Source: Gemmatimonadaceae bacterium (GTDB lineage: Bacteria > Gemmatimonadota > Gemmatimonadetes > Gemmatimonadales > Gemmatimonadaceae). From it: a stretch of DNA of 64,000 nt. Below are positions 40,135-49,699 of the stretch, one piece after another. How positions within the stretch are numbered: the stretch's first letter is position 1; every line of letters begins with the position of its first letter. The DNA is taken from contig JBBDYC010000006.1 in the NCBI GenBank assembly GCA_040901985.1, positions 29,572 to 93,571 of the forward strand, written 5' to 3'. The translations under genes and the position numbers were made by a program. The notes beneath the pieces were generated by a model that was not told the DNA's origin, searched no databases, and was given only the letters and a program-made list of their open reading frames with translations.

Positions 40135-41124
40135 TCAGAAGCGCACCACCATCGAGCCCCAGGTGAACCCCGCGCCGAAGGCGACGAACATCGCCGTCGT
40201 GCCCTCCTTGATGACGCCCGTGGCGAGCGCCTCGCTGAGCGCGATCGGGATGGACGCCGCCGACGTGTTCCCGAAGCGGTCCACGTTCACATAGACCTTC
40301 TCCATCGGGATGTTGGCGTGCTTGGCCGTCGCCTCGATGATGCGGATGTTCGCCTGATGCGGGATCAGCACGTCAATGTCGGTGGCCGACAGCTTTGCGC
40401 CGTCGAGCGCCCGGTCGGCCGCCTCGGCCATCGAGCGGACCGCGTTCTTGAAGACCTCGCGGCCGGCCATCGTGAGGAGGTGCGTCCCCTCGGCGATGAT
40501 TTCCGGCGTCATCGGCGCGGTCGCGCCGCCCTTCGGGCGATGCAACAGGTCAGCGAGCGTGCCATCGGAGCGCATATAGGCCGAGAGGATCCCGCGGCCC
40601 TTGGTGGCCTTCTTGATCACCGTCGCCCCGGCCCCGTCGCCGAAGAGCACGCAGGTGTTGCGATCCTTCCAGTTGACGATGCGACTGAGTAGCTCGCCGC
40701 CGATCACGAGGATCGTCTCGTAGCCGCCGGTAGCCATCAGGCCCTCGGCCACCTGGATCGCGTAGAGCCACCCCGAGCAGGCGGCGTCAATGTCGAAGGC
40801 CACCGCGCGGGTCGCGCCGATCTCCGCCTGGACCTCGACCGCCGTCGCCGGCAGGAGTCGGTCCGGGCTCGCCGTGGCGAGAATGATTGCGTCGAGCTCG
40901 GCGGCGGTGACGCCCGCCTGAGCCATTGCACGCCGGGCCGCCTCGCTGGAGAGCGACGTGAGCGTCTCCCCCTCCCCGGCGATGTGGCGCTGGCCGATCC
41001 CGGTGCGCTCGCGGATCCATTCGTCCGACGTGTCGATCCCGATCGCGGCGAAATCGTGGTTCGTCATGATGCGCTTCGGCACCGCGTGCGCCGTGGCAGC
41101 GAGCATTGCAGTGGGGCGTTTCAT
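40135..41124 (-). CDS. fabH: beta-ketoacyl-ACP synthase III
   Basis: AACSG, LFGDGAGA, PHQAN and GNTSAASIP. Confidence 0.96.
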   Translation of the reverse strand: MKRPTAMLAATAHAVPKRIMTNHDFAAIGIDTSDEWIRERTGIGQRHIAGEGETLTSLSSEAARRAMAQAGVTAAELDAIILATASPDRLLPATAVEVQAEIGATRAVAFDIDAACSGWLYAIQVAEGLMATGGYETILVIGGELLSRIVNWKDRNTCVLFGDGAGATVIKKATKGRGILSAYMRSDGTLADLLHRPKGGATAPMTPEIIAEGTHLLTMAGREVFKNAVRSMAEAADRALDGAKLSATDIDVLIPHQANIRIIEATAKHANIPMEKVYVNVDRFGNTSAASIPIALSEALATGVIKEGTTAMFVAFGAGFTWGSMVVRF

Positions 41125-42128
41125 CCGTGGACCTGCTCGGCGATGTGGGTGCTCATCTGGGACGACACCGCGCGGAGGCCGGCGAAGATGCCGTTCTTGA
41201 TGGCCTCGGGCGTGGACTTGCCGTGACAGATGATGCTGACGCCCTTCACGCCGAGGAGCGGCGCGCCGCCGTACTTGGCGTAGTCGAGCGCGTGGACGAG
41301 TGTGCCCAGCTGCTCCTTGGTGACGCCCGCCTTCAGCATCATCCCGAGGAGGACCGGCGCGACCGATTCGTAGAACTTGAGGAGGACGTTCCCGGTGAAC
41401 CCGTCGCAGACGACGACGTCAATCGGGCCGCGGTCGCACTCGCCGCGGGGGATGTCGCGTCCCTCGATGTTGCCGAGAAAATTGAGGCCGGCGCCAAGGA
41501 GGAGCTGGTGCGCCTCCTTCACCGCGGCGTTCCCCTTCTCCGCCTCCTCGCCGATCGAGAGGAGGCCGATTGCCGGGCGCTCGCGGCCCAGGATGTCCTT
41601 GGCGTAGACGTGCCCAAGCTGCGCGAAGGTCACCAGCTCCCGTGGCGTGCAGTCCACGTTGGCGCCCGCGTCGAGGAGGATGACCGGGTCCTTGGCGGTC
41701 GGGAGGAGCGTGGCAATCGCCGGCCGGTCAATGCCGTCGTGCAGACGCAGGATGAAGGTGGACGCCGCCATCTGCGCGCCGGTGTTGCCGGCGGAGACGA
41801 AGGCGTCGGAACGTCCCTCCGATTGGAGGCGGATCCCGAGCGCCATCGAGGACTGCGGCTTGCCGCGGATGGCGACCGACGGCTTGTCGGTCATCGTGAT
41901 GACGTCGGGGGCGTCAATGATCTCGAAGCGCGACGCCGCCTCGACGAGGAGGGTGTTGTCGGTGACGGCGGCCAGCTGGCGGGCGAGCTCGTCGCGGACG
42001 GGCGCACCCTGCCCGACAAGTTGGATCGTGTGTTCGCCACCAAGTTCGGCCGCCGCGAGGAGTGCCGCGGCGACCGGGGCCTGGGGCGCGTGGTCGCCCC
42101 CCATCGCGTCCAACGCGATGCGGGCCAT
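41121..42128 (-). CDS. plsX: phosphate acyltransferase PlsX
   Basis: IALDAMGGDHAP, SAGNTGA and CDGFTGNVLLK. Confidence 0.96.
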   Translation of the reverse strand: MARIALDAMGGDHAPQAPVAAALLAAAELGGEHTIQLVGQGAPVRDELARQLAAVTDNTLLVEAASRFEIIDAPDVITMTDKPSVAIRGKPQSSMALGIRLQSEGRSDAFVSAGNTGAQMAASTFILRLHDGIDRPAIATLLPTAKDPVILLDAGANVDCTPRELVTFAQLGHVYAKDILGRERPAIGLLSIGEEAEKGNAAVKEAHQLLLGAGLNFLGNIEGRDIPRGECDRGPIDVVVCDGFTGNVLLKFYESVAPVLLGMMLKAGVTKEQLGTLVHALDYAKYGGAPLLGVKGVSIICHGKSTPEAIKNGIFAGLRAVSSQMSTHIAEQVHG

Positions 42129-42130
42129 GG

Positions 42131-42313
42131 CTACGCTTCGCGCGCCGCGACCCGCTGCTCGCCGGCGTAGAACCCGCACTCCGCACAGACGTGATGCGGG
42201 CGCTTCATCGCGCCGCACTTCGGGCAGGCCTGGATGTTGATCTTGGGTGCCACCTTGTGCGTGTTGCGTGCGCGCTTCTTGCGCTTCGAGGTACGGCGCT
42301 TCGGGACGGCCAT
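42131..42313 (-). CDS. rpmF: 50S ribosomal protein L32 (Zn-ribbon type)
   Basis: MAVPKRRTSK and CxxC...CxxC. Confidence 0.97.
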   Translation of the reverse strand: MAVPKRRTSKRKKRARNTHKVAPKINIQACPKCGAMKRPHHVCAECGFYAGEQRVAAREA

Positions 42314-42366
42314 CGGAGTCTCAGCTCAGCGAAAAGGGGAAACGGAGGTCGGGATCGCGGTGTCGT

Positions 42367-42840
42367 TCAGGTCGTTGCGGCGACCGGACTGCAGGCGCAC
42401 GGACCGGTGTTCAGGTCCGCCCCGCACGTCGCGCAGAGTCCCTTGCAGTCGGGACGGCACAACGGCAGGCCGGAGGCATCGAGCAGCCAGTGCTCACGGA
42501 TCGCCGGCCGAAGGTCGAGCAACGTCCCGAGGTCGCCCAAGGGATAGACGTCCGGCTCATCGGCGGTCTCATCGTCCGTGTCAACGAAAATCAGGTGTAC
42601 CTCTCCGGCCACCGTGAACTCCACCGGCACCAGGCAACGGCGGCACTCCCCCGCGGCGGTCCCGTCGAACGCGCCACTGAAGTAGAACCGATCGCTGCCA
42701 GCCCCGCTCAAGCGACCGGTGACTCGGATGCCGGAGACGGGCCGAACGTCGCCCTCAAGCCAGATCGCATCGGTTGGCGGGAGGTCGGACGCGACCTGCA
42801 CGGCGCCGTGCGCGAGGGTCTGAATTGGGAACGACAGCAT
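42367..42840 (-). CDS. yceD: DUF177/YceD family protein
   Basis: ECRRCL and LCRPDCKGLCATCGADLN; lies upstream of rpmF. Confidence 0.9.
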   Translation of the reverse strand: MLSFPIQTLAHGAVQVASDLPPTDAIWLEGDVRPVSGIRVTGRLSGAGSDRFYFSGAFDGTAAGECRRCLVPVEFTVAGEVHLIFVDTDDETADEPDVYPLGDLGTLLDLRPAIREHWLLDASGLPLCRPDCKGLCATCGADLNTGPCACSPVAATT

Positions 42841-42848
42841 AGCTTCGA

Positions 42849-42877
42849 AAGCTACTGACCCCAAATGGGTGGGTCAA
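42849..42877 (-). promoter_or_regulatory. putative sigma70 promoter of the yceD-rpmF-plsX-fab operon
   Basis: TTGACC-N17-TAGCTT on the - strand, 8 nt before the yceD ATG. Confidence 0.55.
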
Positions 42878-42903
42878 GGTGCAAGCTATGGAGTGGCAGG
42901 GAC

Positions 42904-43335
42904 TTAGCGCAGTCCCTGGAGCACGTCCGCTTCGGCGAAGAAGAACCGGCTCTCGCGGACGGCGTTCTCGTCCGAGTCGGAGGCGTGGATCGCGTTCTTG
43001 CCCTTCGACTCGGCAAAGAGCTTGCGCACCGTGCCGGGGGCTGCCTCGGCGGGGTCGGTGGCGCCGATTGCCTCGCGCAGTGCGGCCACGGCACCCGCCT
43101 TCTCCACGATGAACGGCAGGCACGGGCCGGAGCTCATGAAGGCGACCAGCTCGTCGTAGAACGGACGGCCACGGTGCACCGCGTAGAACTCCTCGGCTTG
43201 CCGTCGCGACAGTTGCATCACGCGCGCCGCCCGGAGGACAAATCCCCCGCCCTCCAGATGGGCAAGGATCTTCCCGGCCTTGCCGGCATTGAAGGCGTCG
43301 GGCTTGATGATGCCGAGCGTAAAGTTGGCCGCCAT
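42904..43335 (-). CDS. ndk: nucleoside diphosphate kinase
   Basis: IIKPDA, GATDP and NAIHASDS. Confidence 0.96.
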   Translation of the reverse strand: MAANFTLGIIKPDAFNAGKAGKILAHLEGGGFVLRAARVMQLSRRQAEEFYAVHRGRPFYDELVAFMSSGPCLPFIVEKAGAVAALREAIGATDPAEAAPGTVRKLFAESKGKNAIHASDSDENAVRESRFFFAEADVLQGLR

Positions 43336-44208
43336 CTACTTGAGCCTCGCAGTGATCAGTTCCACGAAATCTATCGGTCGCCGGGCGATTCCCATTCCCG
43401 CGGCGGCGAAGGCCTCGAGCTTCTCGGCGGCGGTGCCGGACGAGCCGGAGATGATGGCGCCGGCGTGCCCCATCCGCCGGCCTGGCGGTGCGGTCTGGCC
43501 GGCGATGAATCCGACCACCGGCTTCTTCATGTGCTGCTTCACGAACGCCGCCGCTTCCTGTTCATCGGTGCCGCCGATCTCGCCCATCATCGCGACGGCC
43601 TTGGTGCCCGGGTCCCGCTCGAACGCCTCGAGGCAATCAATGAAGCTCGTCCCGTTGATCGGGTCGCCGCCGATGCCGACGCAGGTGGTCTGCCCGATCC
43701 CGGCGCGCGTGAGTTGGTAAACGATCTCGTAGGTGAGGGTGCCGGAGCGCGAGACCACGCCCACCGGGCCCGGCGTGCAGATCCGGCCCGGGATGATGCC
43801 GACCTTCGACACGCCGGGCGTGATGAGTCCCGGGCAGTTCGGGCCAAGCAGCCGTACGCCGCGTTCCTTCACGAAGGGGTGGACCTTCGTCATATCGAGC
43901 ACGGGAACGCCTTCGGTGATGCAGACGACGAGCTGGACGCCGGCGGCGGCCGCCTCCATGATTGCGTCGGCGGCGAACGGCGGCGGCACGTAGATCACGC
44001 TCGTGTTGGCGCCGGTCGCCTTCACGGCGTCGTGGACCGTGTTGAAGATCGGCACCGTGCCCTCGAACTGCTGGCCACCCTTCCCTGGCGTGACTCCGGC
44101 GACCACTTGGGTGCCGTACTCCATCATCTGCTTGGTATGGAACGAGCCGTCGCGCCCGGTGATGCCCTGCACGACCAGCTTCGTGTTCCGATCAATAAAG
44201 ATGCTCAC
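43336..44208 (-). CDS. sucD: succinyl-CoA synthetase alpha subunit
   Basis: [20 protein letters not shown] and MGHAGA. Confidence 0.97.
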   Translation of the reverse strand: MSIFIDRNTKLVVQGITGRDGSFHTKQMMEYGTQVVAGVTPGKGGQQFEGTVPIFNTVHDAVKATGANTSVIYVPPPFAADAIMEAAAAGVQLVVCITEGVPVLDMTKVHPFVKERGVRLLGPNCPGLITPGVSKVGIIPGRICTPGPVGVVSRSGTLTYEIVYQLTRAGIGQTTCVGIGGDPINGTSFIDCLEAFERDPGTKAVAMMGEIGGTDEQEAAAFVKQHMKKPVVGFIAGQTAPPGRRMGHAGAIISGSSGTAAEKLEAFAAAGMGIARRPIDFVELITARLK

Positions 44209-45356
44209 GCGGCCTTCCCCGACGAACCCTTCGCGAGAGCGACGGCCTGCTGGACCGCCTCGTCCATGTCGCTCGACGCCGAGAAGCCGTTGTCCGTCAG
44301 GATCTTCATCGCGAGCTCTTCGTTGGTGCCGGTCAGCCGAATCACGATCGGGACCTTGAGCGGGTTGGCCTTGGTCGCGGTGACGATGCCGTTGGCGACG
44401 TCGTCGGTGCGGGTGATCCCGCCGAAGATGTTGAAGAGGATGGCCTTCACGTTCTTGTCCGTCGTGATGATCCGGAGCGCATTGACCACCTTCTCCGGGT
44501 TCGACGAGCCGCCGATGTCGAGGAAGTTCGCCGGCTCTCCGCCGTAGTACTTCACGAGGTCCATCGTGGCCATCGCGAGGCCGGCACCGTTCACCACGCA
44601 GCCGACGTTGCCGTCGAGCTTGATGAAGGTGAGGTTGGCGTTGCGGGCGTCCACCTCCGATGGCTCCTCGCTCGATTCGTCGCGGAGCGCGGTGATTTCC
44701 GGGCGTCGGTCGAGCTCGTTGTCGTCAATGACCATCTTGCCGTCCACGGCGATCAGCTCGCCCTGCGGCGTGACGACGAGGGGATTGATCTCGGCCAGCG
44801 AGCATCCACTCGCCATGAAGGCGGCGAAGAGCTGCTGCATGATTCTCGCGGCGGCGCGGGCAAGCTTGACGTCGTCGTGGAGGAAGAAGCCCATCCGCAT
44901 CGCGTCGTAGTTGGGGAGCCCGTAGCGGACGTCCACCGGGACGTAGAGGATCTTCTCCGGCGTCGTCGCGGCGACCTCCTCGATGTCAATGCCGCCGGCG
45001 GCTGAGACCATGAAGACCGGCTTCTTGGTGGCGCGGTCAACGATGATGCCGACGTACGCTTCACTGCCAATCTCGGCGGCGACGGTCACGAGGACCTTCT
45101 CGACCGTGAGCCCCTTGATCTGCATCCCGAGGATGGCGGCGGCCTTCTCCCGGGCGTCGGCGGGCGTCTTGCAGAACTTGACGCCGCCCGCCTTTCCCCG
45201 ACCGCCGGCGTGGACCTGCGCCTTGACCATCACGGCCGTGCCGTATTGCTTCGCGAGGGCCTCCGCCTGGGCCGGCGTCGTCGCAATCTCCCCCGGGGGG
45301 ATTGGCACGCCGTGGCCGCGCAGGATCTCCTTCGCCTGATACTCGTGGATGTTCAC
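44205..45356 (-). CDS. sucC: succinyl-CoA synthetase beta subunit
   Basis: [28 protein letters not shown] and NIFGGI. Confidence 0.97.
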   Translation of the reverse strand: MNIHEYQAKEILRGHGVPIPPGEIATTPAQAEALAKQYGTAVMVKAQVHAGGRGKAGGVKFCKTPADAREKAAAILGMQIKGLTVEKVLVTVAAEIGSEAYVGIIVDRATKKPVFMVSAAGGIDIEEVAATTPEKILYVPVDVRYGLPNYDAMRMGFFLHDDVKLARAAARIMQQLFAAFMASGCSLAEINPLVVTPQGELIAVDGKMVIDDNELDRRPEITALRDESSEEPSEVDARNANLTFIKLDGNVGCVVNGAGLAMATMDLVKYYGGEPANFLDIGGSSNPEKVVNALRIITTDKNVKAILFNIFGGITRTDDVANGIVTATKANPLKVPIVIRLTGTNEELAMKILTDNGFSASSDMDEAVQQAVALAKGSSGKAA

Positions 45357-45450
45357 ACCGGCTCCGTTCGGGGTGGGAATCGGACAACCACGAATAATGT
45401 CGGCGTGGGGGCGGAATCGGTAGCCGCGCCGCGCGATCGAGCGCCCACGG

Positions 45451-47151
45451 TCAGGGGCGAACGACGATGGTCGGGAGGAAGTTCGGCGACCGGCGTGCCC
45501 GGAGGGTCTGTTCGAAGCCGAAGGCGAGACGGAGCAGTTTACCCTCGCTCCACGCCGTGCCCATGAAGAGGATTCCGACGGGAAGCCCCGCGACGTCGCC
45601 CGCCGGCACGGTGATGGACGGGTAGCCGGCTGCCGCCGGCGTCACAAAACTGCCGAGCATCGTGTTGTCGCCGAGGAGGACGTCGGTGAGCCAAGCCGGC
45701 GACTGGGTGGGCGCAACGATTGCGTCGAGCCGGTGCTTCTGGAGCGTCGCGTCGATTCCCTGCGTCCTCGACAATTGGCGCACGATCTGCAGCGCCGAGA
45801 GGTACTCCGGGCTCGTGAGGGGTCCCTTTCCCTGCGCGTACTCGAACGTCTCCTGGCCGAACCAGGCCATTTCACGATCGCTGTTGCGCACGTTGAACGC
45901 GATCAGGTCGGCGAGCGACTTCACCGGGGACCGCGGTCCGAGCGAGGCGAGGTACTCGTTGAGCGAGGCCTTGAGTTCGAACGAGAGCACTTCCGCGTCG
46001 AAGGTCCAGATGCCGTCGGCGGTCTCGATGTCGGCGGGATCCACGATCACCGCACCGGCTTGCTTCATTGTGTCCAACGCGCGCTCGACGACCCGATCAG
46101 AGACGAGGCTGCTGCCGAAGAGGTTGCGCGCCACTCCGATGCGCGCGCCCCTGAGGCCGTTGGGGTCCAGAAACGTGGTGTAATCGGCCTCCGCGTGGCG
46201 GGCGGCGTCGGCCGTCAGGCGGTCACGCGGGTCGGCGCCGGCGACCGCGCTCAGGAGCAACGCCGCGTCGCGAACGGTGCGCGTCATCGGTCCGGCGGTG
46301 TCCTGCGTGTACGAGACGGGAATGATGCCGGCGCGGCTGATCAGGCCGACGGTCGGCTTGAGGCCGACCACGCCGCAGAGTGCGGCGGGGCTCACGATCG
46401 AACCCATCGTCTCGGTGCCGAAGGCGGCGGTGGCGAGATTGGCGCTGACGGCCGCGGCGGTGCCGGAGCTGGACCCTCCGGCCGAGCGGTCGAGCGCGTA
46501 CGGATTGCGCGTCAGGCGTCCGCGGCCGCTCCACCCGCCGATCGAGGCGCGCCCGCGCGCATTCGCCCACTCGCTCATATTGGCCTTGCCGAGGATCACC
46601 GCCCCGCCCGCGCGCAGCCGCTCGACCAGAAAGGCGTCGCGCGGCGCAATGCTCTCCGCAAGCGCAAGCGATCCGGCGCTCGTGTGCAGTCGGTCGGCCG
46701 TCCCGATGTTGTCCTTGAGCAGGATCGGCACGCCGTGCAGGGGGCCCCGCGGTCCCTTCTCCCGACGCTCCGCGTCCAGCGCGTCGGCGATTGCCAGCGC
46801 GTCGGGGTTCACCTCGAGCACCGAGTTCAGGGTGGCGCCGCTCCGGTCCGTCCGCTCGATCGCCGCAAGGTACCACTCGACCACCATACGCGAGGTCCAC
46901 CGGCCGGTGCGCATCCCCTCGCCAAGTTCGCCGATCGTGATCTCGTGGAATTCCGTCAGCGCCGGATCGCCGGGGTCGAGGATCGGCGGCGTGGGCCCGT
47001 GGGCGGCGACCGCCGTGGCAGCGGCGGTCGGTGGGGCGTCGGCGTGGAGGAGCGAGGGAATGGACGCCAGCGCGAGCGCGGCGCCACCCTGGCGGATGAA
47101 CGTGCGGCGGTCCGATGCGGCGGGACGCGCGGCAGTATGGTCGTCGGTCAC
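45451..47151 (-). CDS. amidase-signature family enzyme with Tat signal peptide
   Basis: DRRTFI Tat motif; LKDN, GGSSSG and GTETMGS (Ser-cisSer-Lys triad). Confidence 0.9.
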   Translation of the reverse strand: MTDDHTAARPAASDRRTFIRQGGAALALASIPSLLHADAPPTAAATAVAAHGPTPPILDPGDPALTEFHEITIGELGEGMRTGRWTSRMVVEWYLAAIERTDRSGATLNSVLEVNPDALAIADALDAERREKGPRGPLHGVPILLKDNIGTADRLHTSAGSLALAESIAPRDAFLVERLRAGGAVILGKANMSEWANARGRASIGGWSGRGRLTRNPYALDRSAGGSSSGTAAAVSANLATAAFGTETMGSIVSPAALCGVVGLKPTVGLISRAGIIPVSYTQDTAGPMTRTVRDAALLLSAVAGADPRDRLTADAARHAEADYTTFLDPNGLRGARIGVARNLFGSSLVSDRVVERALDTMKQAGAVIVDPADIETADGIWTFDAEVLSFELKASLNEYLASLGPRSPVKSLADLIAFNVRNSDREMAWFGQETFEYAQGKGPLTSPEYLSALQIVRQLSRTQGIDATLQKHRLDAIVAPTQSPAWLTDVLLGDNTMLGSFVTPAAAGYPSITVPAGDVAGLPVGILFMGTAWSEGKLLRLAFGFEQTLRARRSPNFLPTIVVRP

Positions 47152-47226
47152 AGGGGAGGGTGATTTGGGAACGAAGCTCCACCCTGTACTACTCCGACTG
47201 CCCCGCTTTCGTTATCGGAACGCCCG

Positions 47227-49698
47227 TCAGGGCGACCGGCGGTTGAGCAGACGACCTAGGGCGTCCCACGCCCGCCCGTAGGCGGTCCAGTCGCCGGCGC
47301 GGAGCGCGGCCTGCATCGCGTCGTAAAGCGCGTTGACGCGCGCGCGGAAGATGTGGTCCGGCAGCACGGTCGCACGCGGTGCCCGATGGCCGAGCGCTTC
47401 GCCGAGGGTGCGGCCGGCGCGCGCGCGCCCGTCGAGCAGGATCACGACCCCCAAATGGCGCGGCGCGGCGTCGGCCGGCCATTCGTAAAAGCTCTGGACA
47501 AAGGCGGGGCCCGCGTCGGTCGGGACCGCCTGCACCCTACCCCGGCGGAGGTTCGACACGCCCCGTGTGATCCCTGCGGCGTCGGCGGCGTGGCGGATCT
47601 CCCCGAGCACGCCCGTCCAGAGCGCGGGAGGGGCGTCGTGGTATTCCGTCCGGCGTTCGCTTCCGCCGCGAGCGACCAACACCCCGATCATCCGGCCATC
47701 CTGCGGAATGTCCATCGGGACACCCCAGCCGAGTCCGCCGAGCGTATCCACCCGGAAGAGCGCCGGACCGGCGGCGGTGACGTCGGGGTCGGCGTCGTCG
47801 GCACGGGTCACGCTGCGGCGTCCCAGTGTGTCGCGGGCAAACCCGACGCGCGAGAGCGCTGCGGCCTGCACGAGCGTGACGTCGAGCGCCGGCGGCCGCG
47901 TGGCGCGGTACCACGCCGGCGCGTCCTCAAGCGGGCGGATGAGCGTCGGGAAACGCCGCATCCAAGTGCGCGTGATGGCGTCGGGGCGTTCGGTGGCGAC
48001 AAGCAGCACCGCCCCGCTCTGCGCCTGGACGATTGCCGTCGCGGCGTGGCGCGCATAGTGCAGTCGGTCGCCGAGTACGTCGAGGCGCTCGCTCAGCGGG
48101 TAATGCGACGACGTGACGAAGAGCTCGACCAGCCAATGGAGCGAGTCGCCCCGGACCAGCGGCGTGACGGTGGGACCCGGCGTGAAGAACGGCGCCACCC
48201 TGCGGAGCCTGGCGTGCACGTCGCGGTGCGTGAAGAGCCGCGGGTCCGGCGACGGCAGCTCGCGCAGGAAGAGGCCGGGATCCTGGAGCGCCCACGACTG
48301 GGCCAGTCGCTCGAACGGGGAGGCGAATCGTGGCGCCACGGTGCGTCCCGAACTGTCGGCGACGACCGCGTAGGAACGCAGTCCGGGAGCGACGTGCACA
48401 CCACCGATGGCCTGTGGCACGGCGCCGACTACCGGGACCGGCGCCGCCTGGACGTCCATCTGCGAGGCAGTCAGCCGCTCGGCCTCCCAAGGCTCAGCCG
48501 GGCGTCCACGCTCGGGCGGCGCGCGGATCGTAATCGCCTCGAGCTCGACCTCCCCTCCCTGCCACGCCACCGACACCTCGGCAGCGGTCGTGCGGGCGAG
48601 CGAGACCGAGCGTGCCAACGCCGCCGGATCCCAGATTGACACGTGCCGATCGAGCGCCGCGGCGGTGAGCCGCGCCCGCGCGACTGCGTCGGTGGTGGCT
48701 ACCTCTTCCACGGCAAATGCGCGGCGCGTGAAGAGCGCGCTCGTGTTCAGGTATGGGCGTTCGCGCCCCCGCGCCTCCGGCGTCGCCGGGGGATCGCGCA
48801 GGGCGAGCGGCAGGAGCGCGCCGGCAACCGGGCCCAGGAGCAGAAGTGCGGTGACGAGCGCGAAGGCCGGCCGATGCAGGCCATTCCACCCTGCCCACGC
48901 CAGCACCGCGGCAATCGGGATCGTGGCAAACGAGACGACGGCGAGGTACGGGAGCGCGACGTGATGGTCGAACGCCGAGAAGGCCGCGTCCCACCCGCGG
49001 TCGCCCCAGATCCCGCTCCCGTCCACCAAGCGCTCATAGCGGTCGAGCCGCCAGTCCCAGCCGACCAGCAGCACGATCACTCCCGCCAGCAGCACGAGAT
49101 GGCGGCGGACCCAGGTCGACACATACAGGCCCTCCGCTCCCCACTTCACGCTGGGCGTGCTGGCGTAGAGCAGGATCACCACGAGGGTGACGACCGTGAC
49201 CGCAAGGGTCGTTCGGTGCAGCAGTCCCAGTTCCCACGGGAGCCAGGTAGCGAAGAAGCCGAGGTCGCGCTCGAGATACGGCTCGAACTCGCGGAACGCG
49301 ACCCCTTCCCAGGCCATCGCGGCGGTGGGCCAATCGTGCGGAAGCATCGCGAAGACCAGGCCGAAGCCCAAGGCGCCGATGGCGGCGAGCAGGGTCAGGC
49401 GTCGGGAGGGGACCGCCTCGCCGAACTCGATATTGCTGAGCTGTCGCGGCAGGACGAGCGAGACGATGGACCGCCGCACCGCGTAGAGGTTTGCGAAGGC
49501 GAAGCCGGTGGCGGCGACGAAGGCGCCGGAGGCCAGCGCCGTGGTGTGCAGGATCCGGCTCCGCCAGATCTCGCCGAGCCCAAGCGCACGGAAAAAGGCC
49601 CACTCGGCGTAGTGGCCGGCCACCCAACGGCCGACCAGGAGGGTCAGCGCGCCTCCGGCAACGAACCAGAGCACGCCGCGCCGCCGGCGACCGGTCAT
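47227..49698 (-). CDS. UPF0182-family membrane protein (divergent)
   Basis: N-terminal TM bundle with W..LG...W, EPYLERDLGFF, ERPYL...TRRAF, RVAPFF, YPLS and C-terminal ALRAGDWTAYG. Confidence 0.75.
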   Translation of the reverse strand: MTGRRRRGVLWFVAGGALTLLVGRWVAGHYAEWAFFRALGLGEIWRSRILHTTALASGAFVAATGFAFANLYAVRRSIVSLVLPRQLSNIEFGEAVPSRRLTLLAAIGALGFGLVFAMLPHDWPTAAMAWEGVAFREFEPYLERDLGFFATWLPWELGLLHRTTLAVTVVTLVVILLYASTPSVKWGAEGLYVSTWVRRHLVLLAGVIVLLVGWDWRLDRYERLVDGSGIWGDRGWDAAFSAFDHHVALPYLAVVSFATIPIAAVLAWAGWNGLHRPAFALVTALLLLGPVAGALLPLALRDPPATPEARGRERPYLNTSALFTRRAFAVEEVATTDAVARARLTAAALDRHVSIWDPAALARSVSLARTTAAEVSVAWQGGEVELEAITIRAPPERGRPAEPWEAERLTASQMDVQAAPVPVVGAVPQAIGGVHVAPGLRSYAVVADSSGRTVAPRFASPFERLAQSWALQDPGLFLRELPSPDPRLFTHRDVHARLRRVAPFFTPGPTVTPLVRGDSLHWLVELFVTSSHYPLSERLDVLGDRLHYARHAATAIVQAQSGAVLLVATERPDAITRTWMRRFPTLIRPLEDAPAWYRATRPPALDVTLVQAAALSRVGFARDTLGRRSVTRADDADPDVTAAGPALFRVDTLGGLGWGVPMDIPQDGRMIGVLVARGGSERRTEYHDAPPALWTGVLGEIRHAADAAGITRGVSNLRRGRVQAVPTDAGPAFVQSFYEWPADAAPRHLGVVILLDGRARAGRTLGEALGHRAPRATVLPDHIFRARVNALYDAMQAALRAGDWTAYGRAWDALGRLLNRRSP

Positions 49699-49699
49699 C

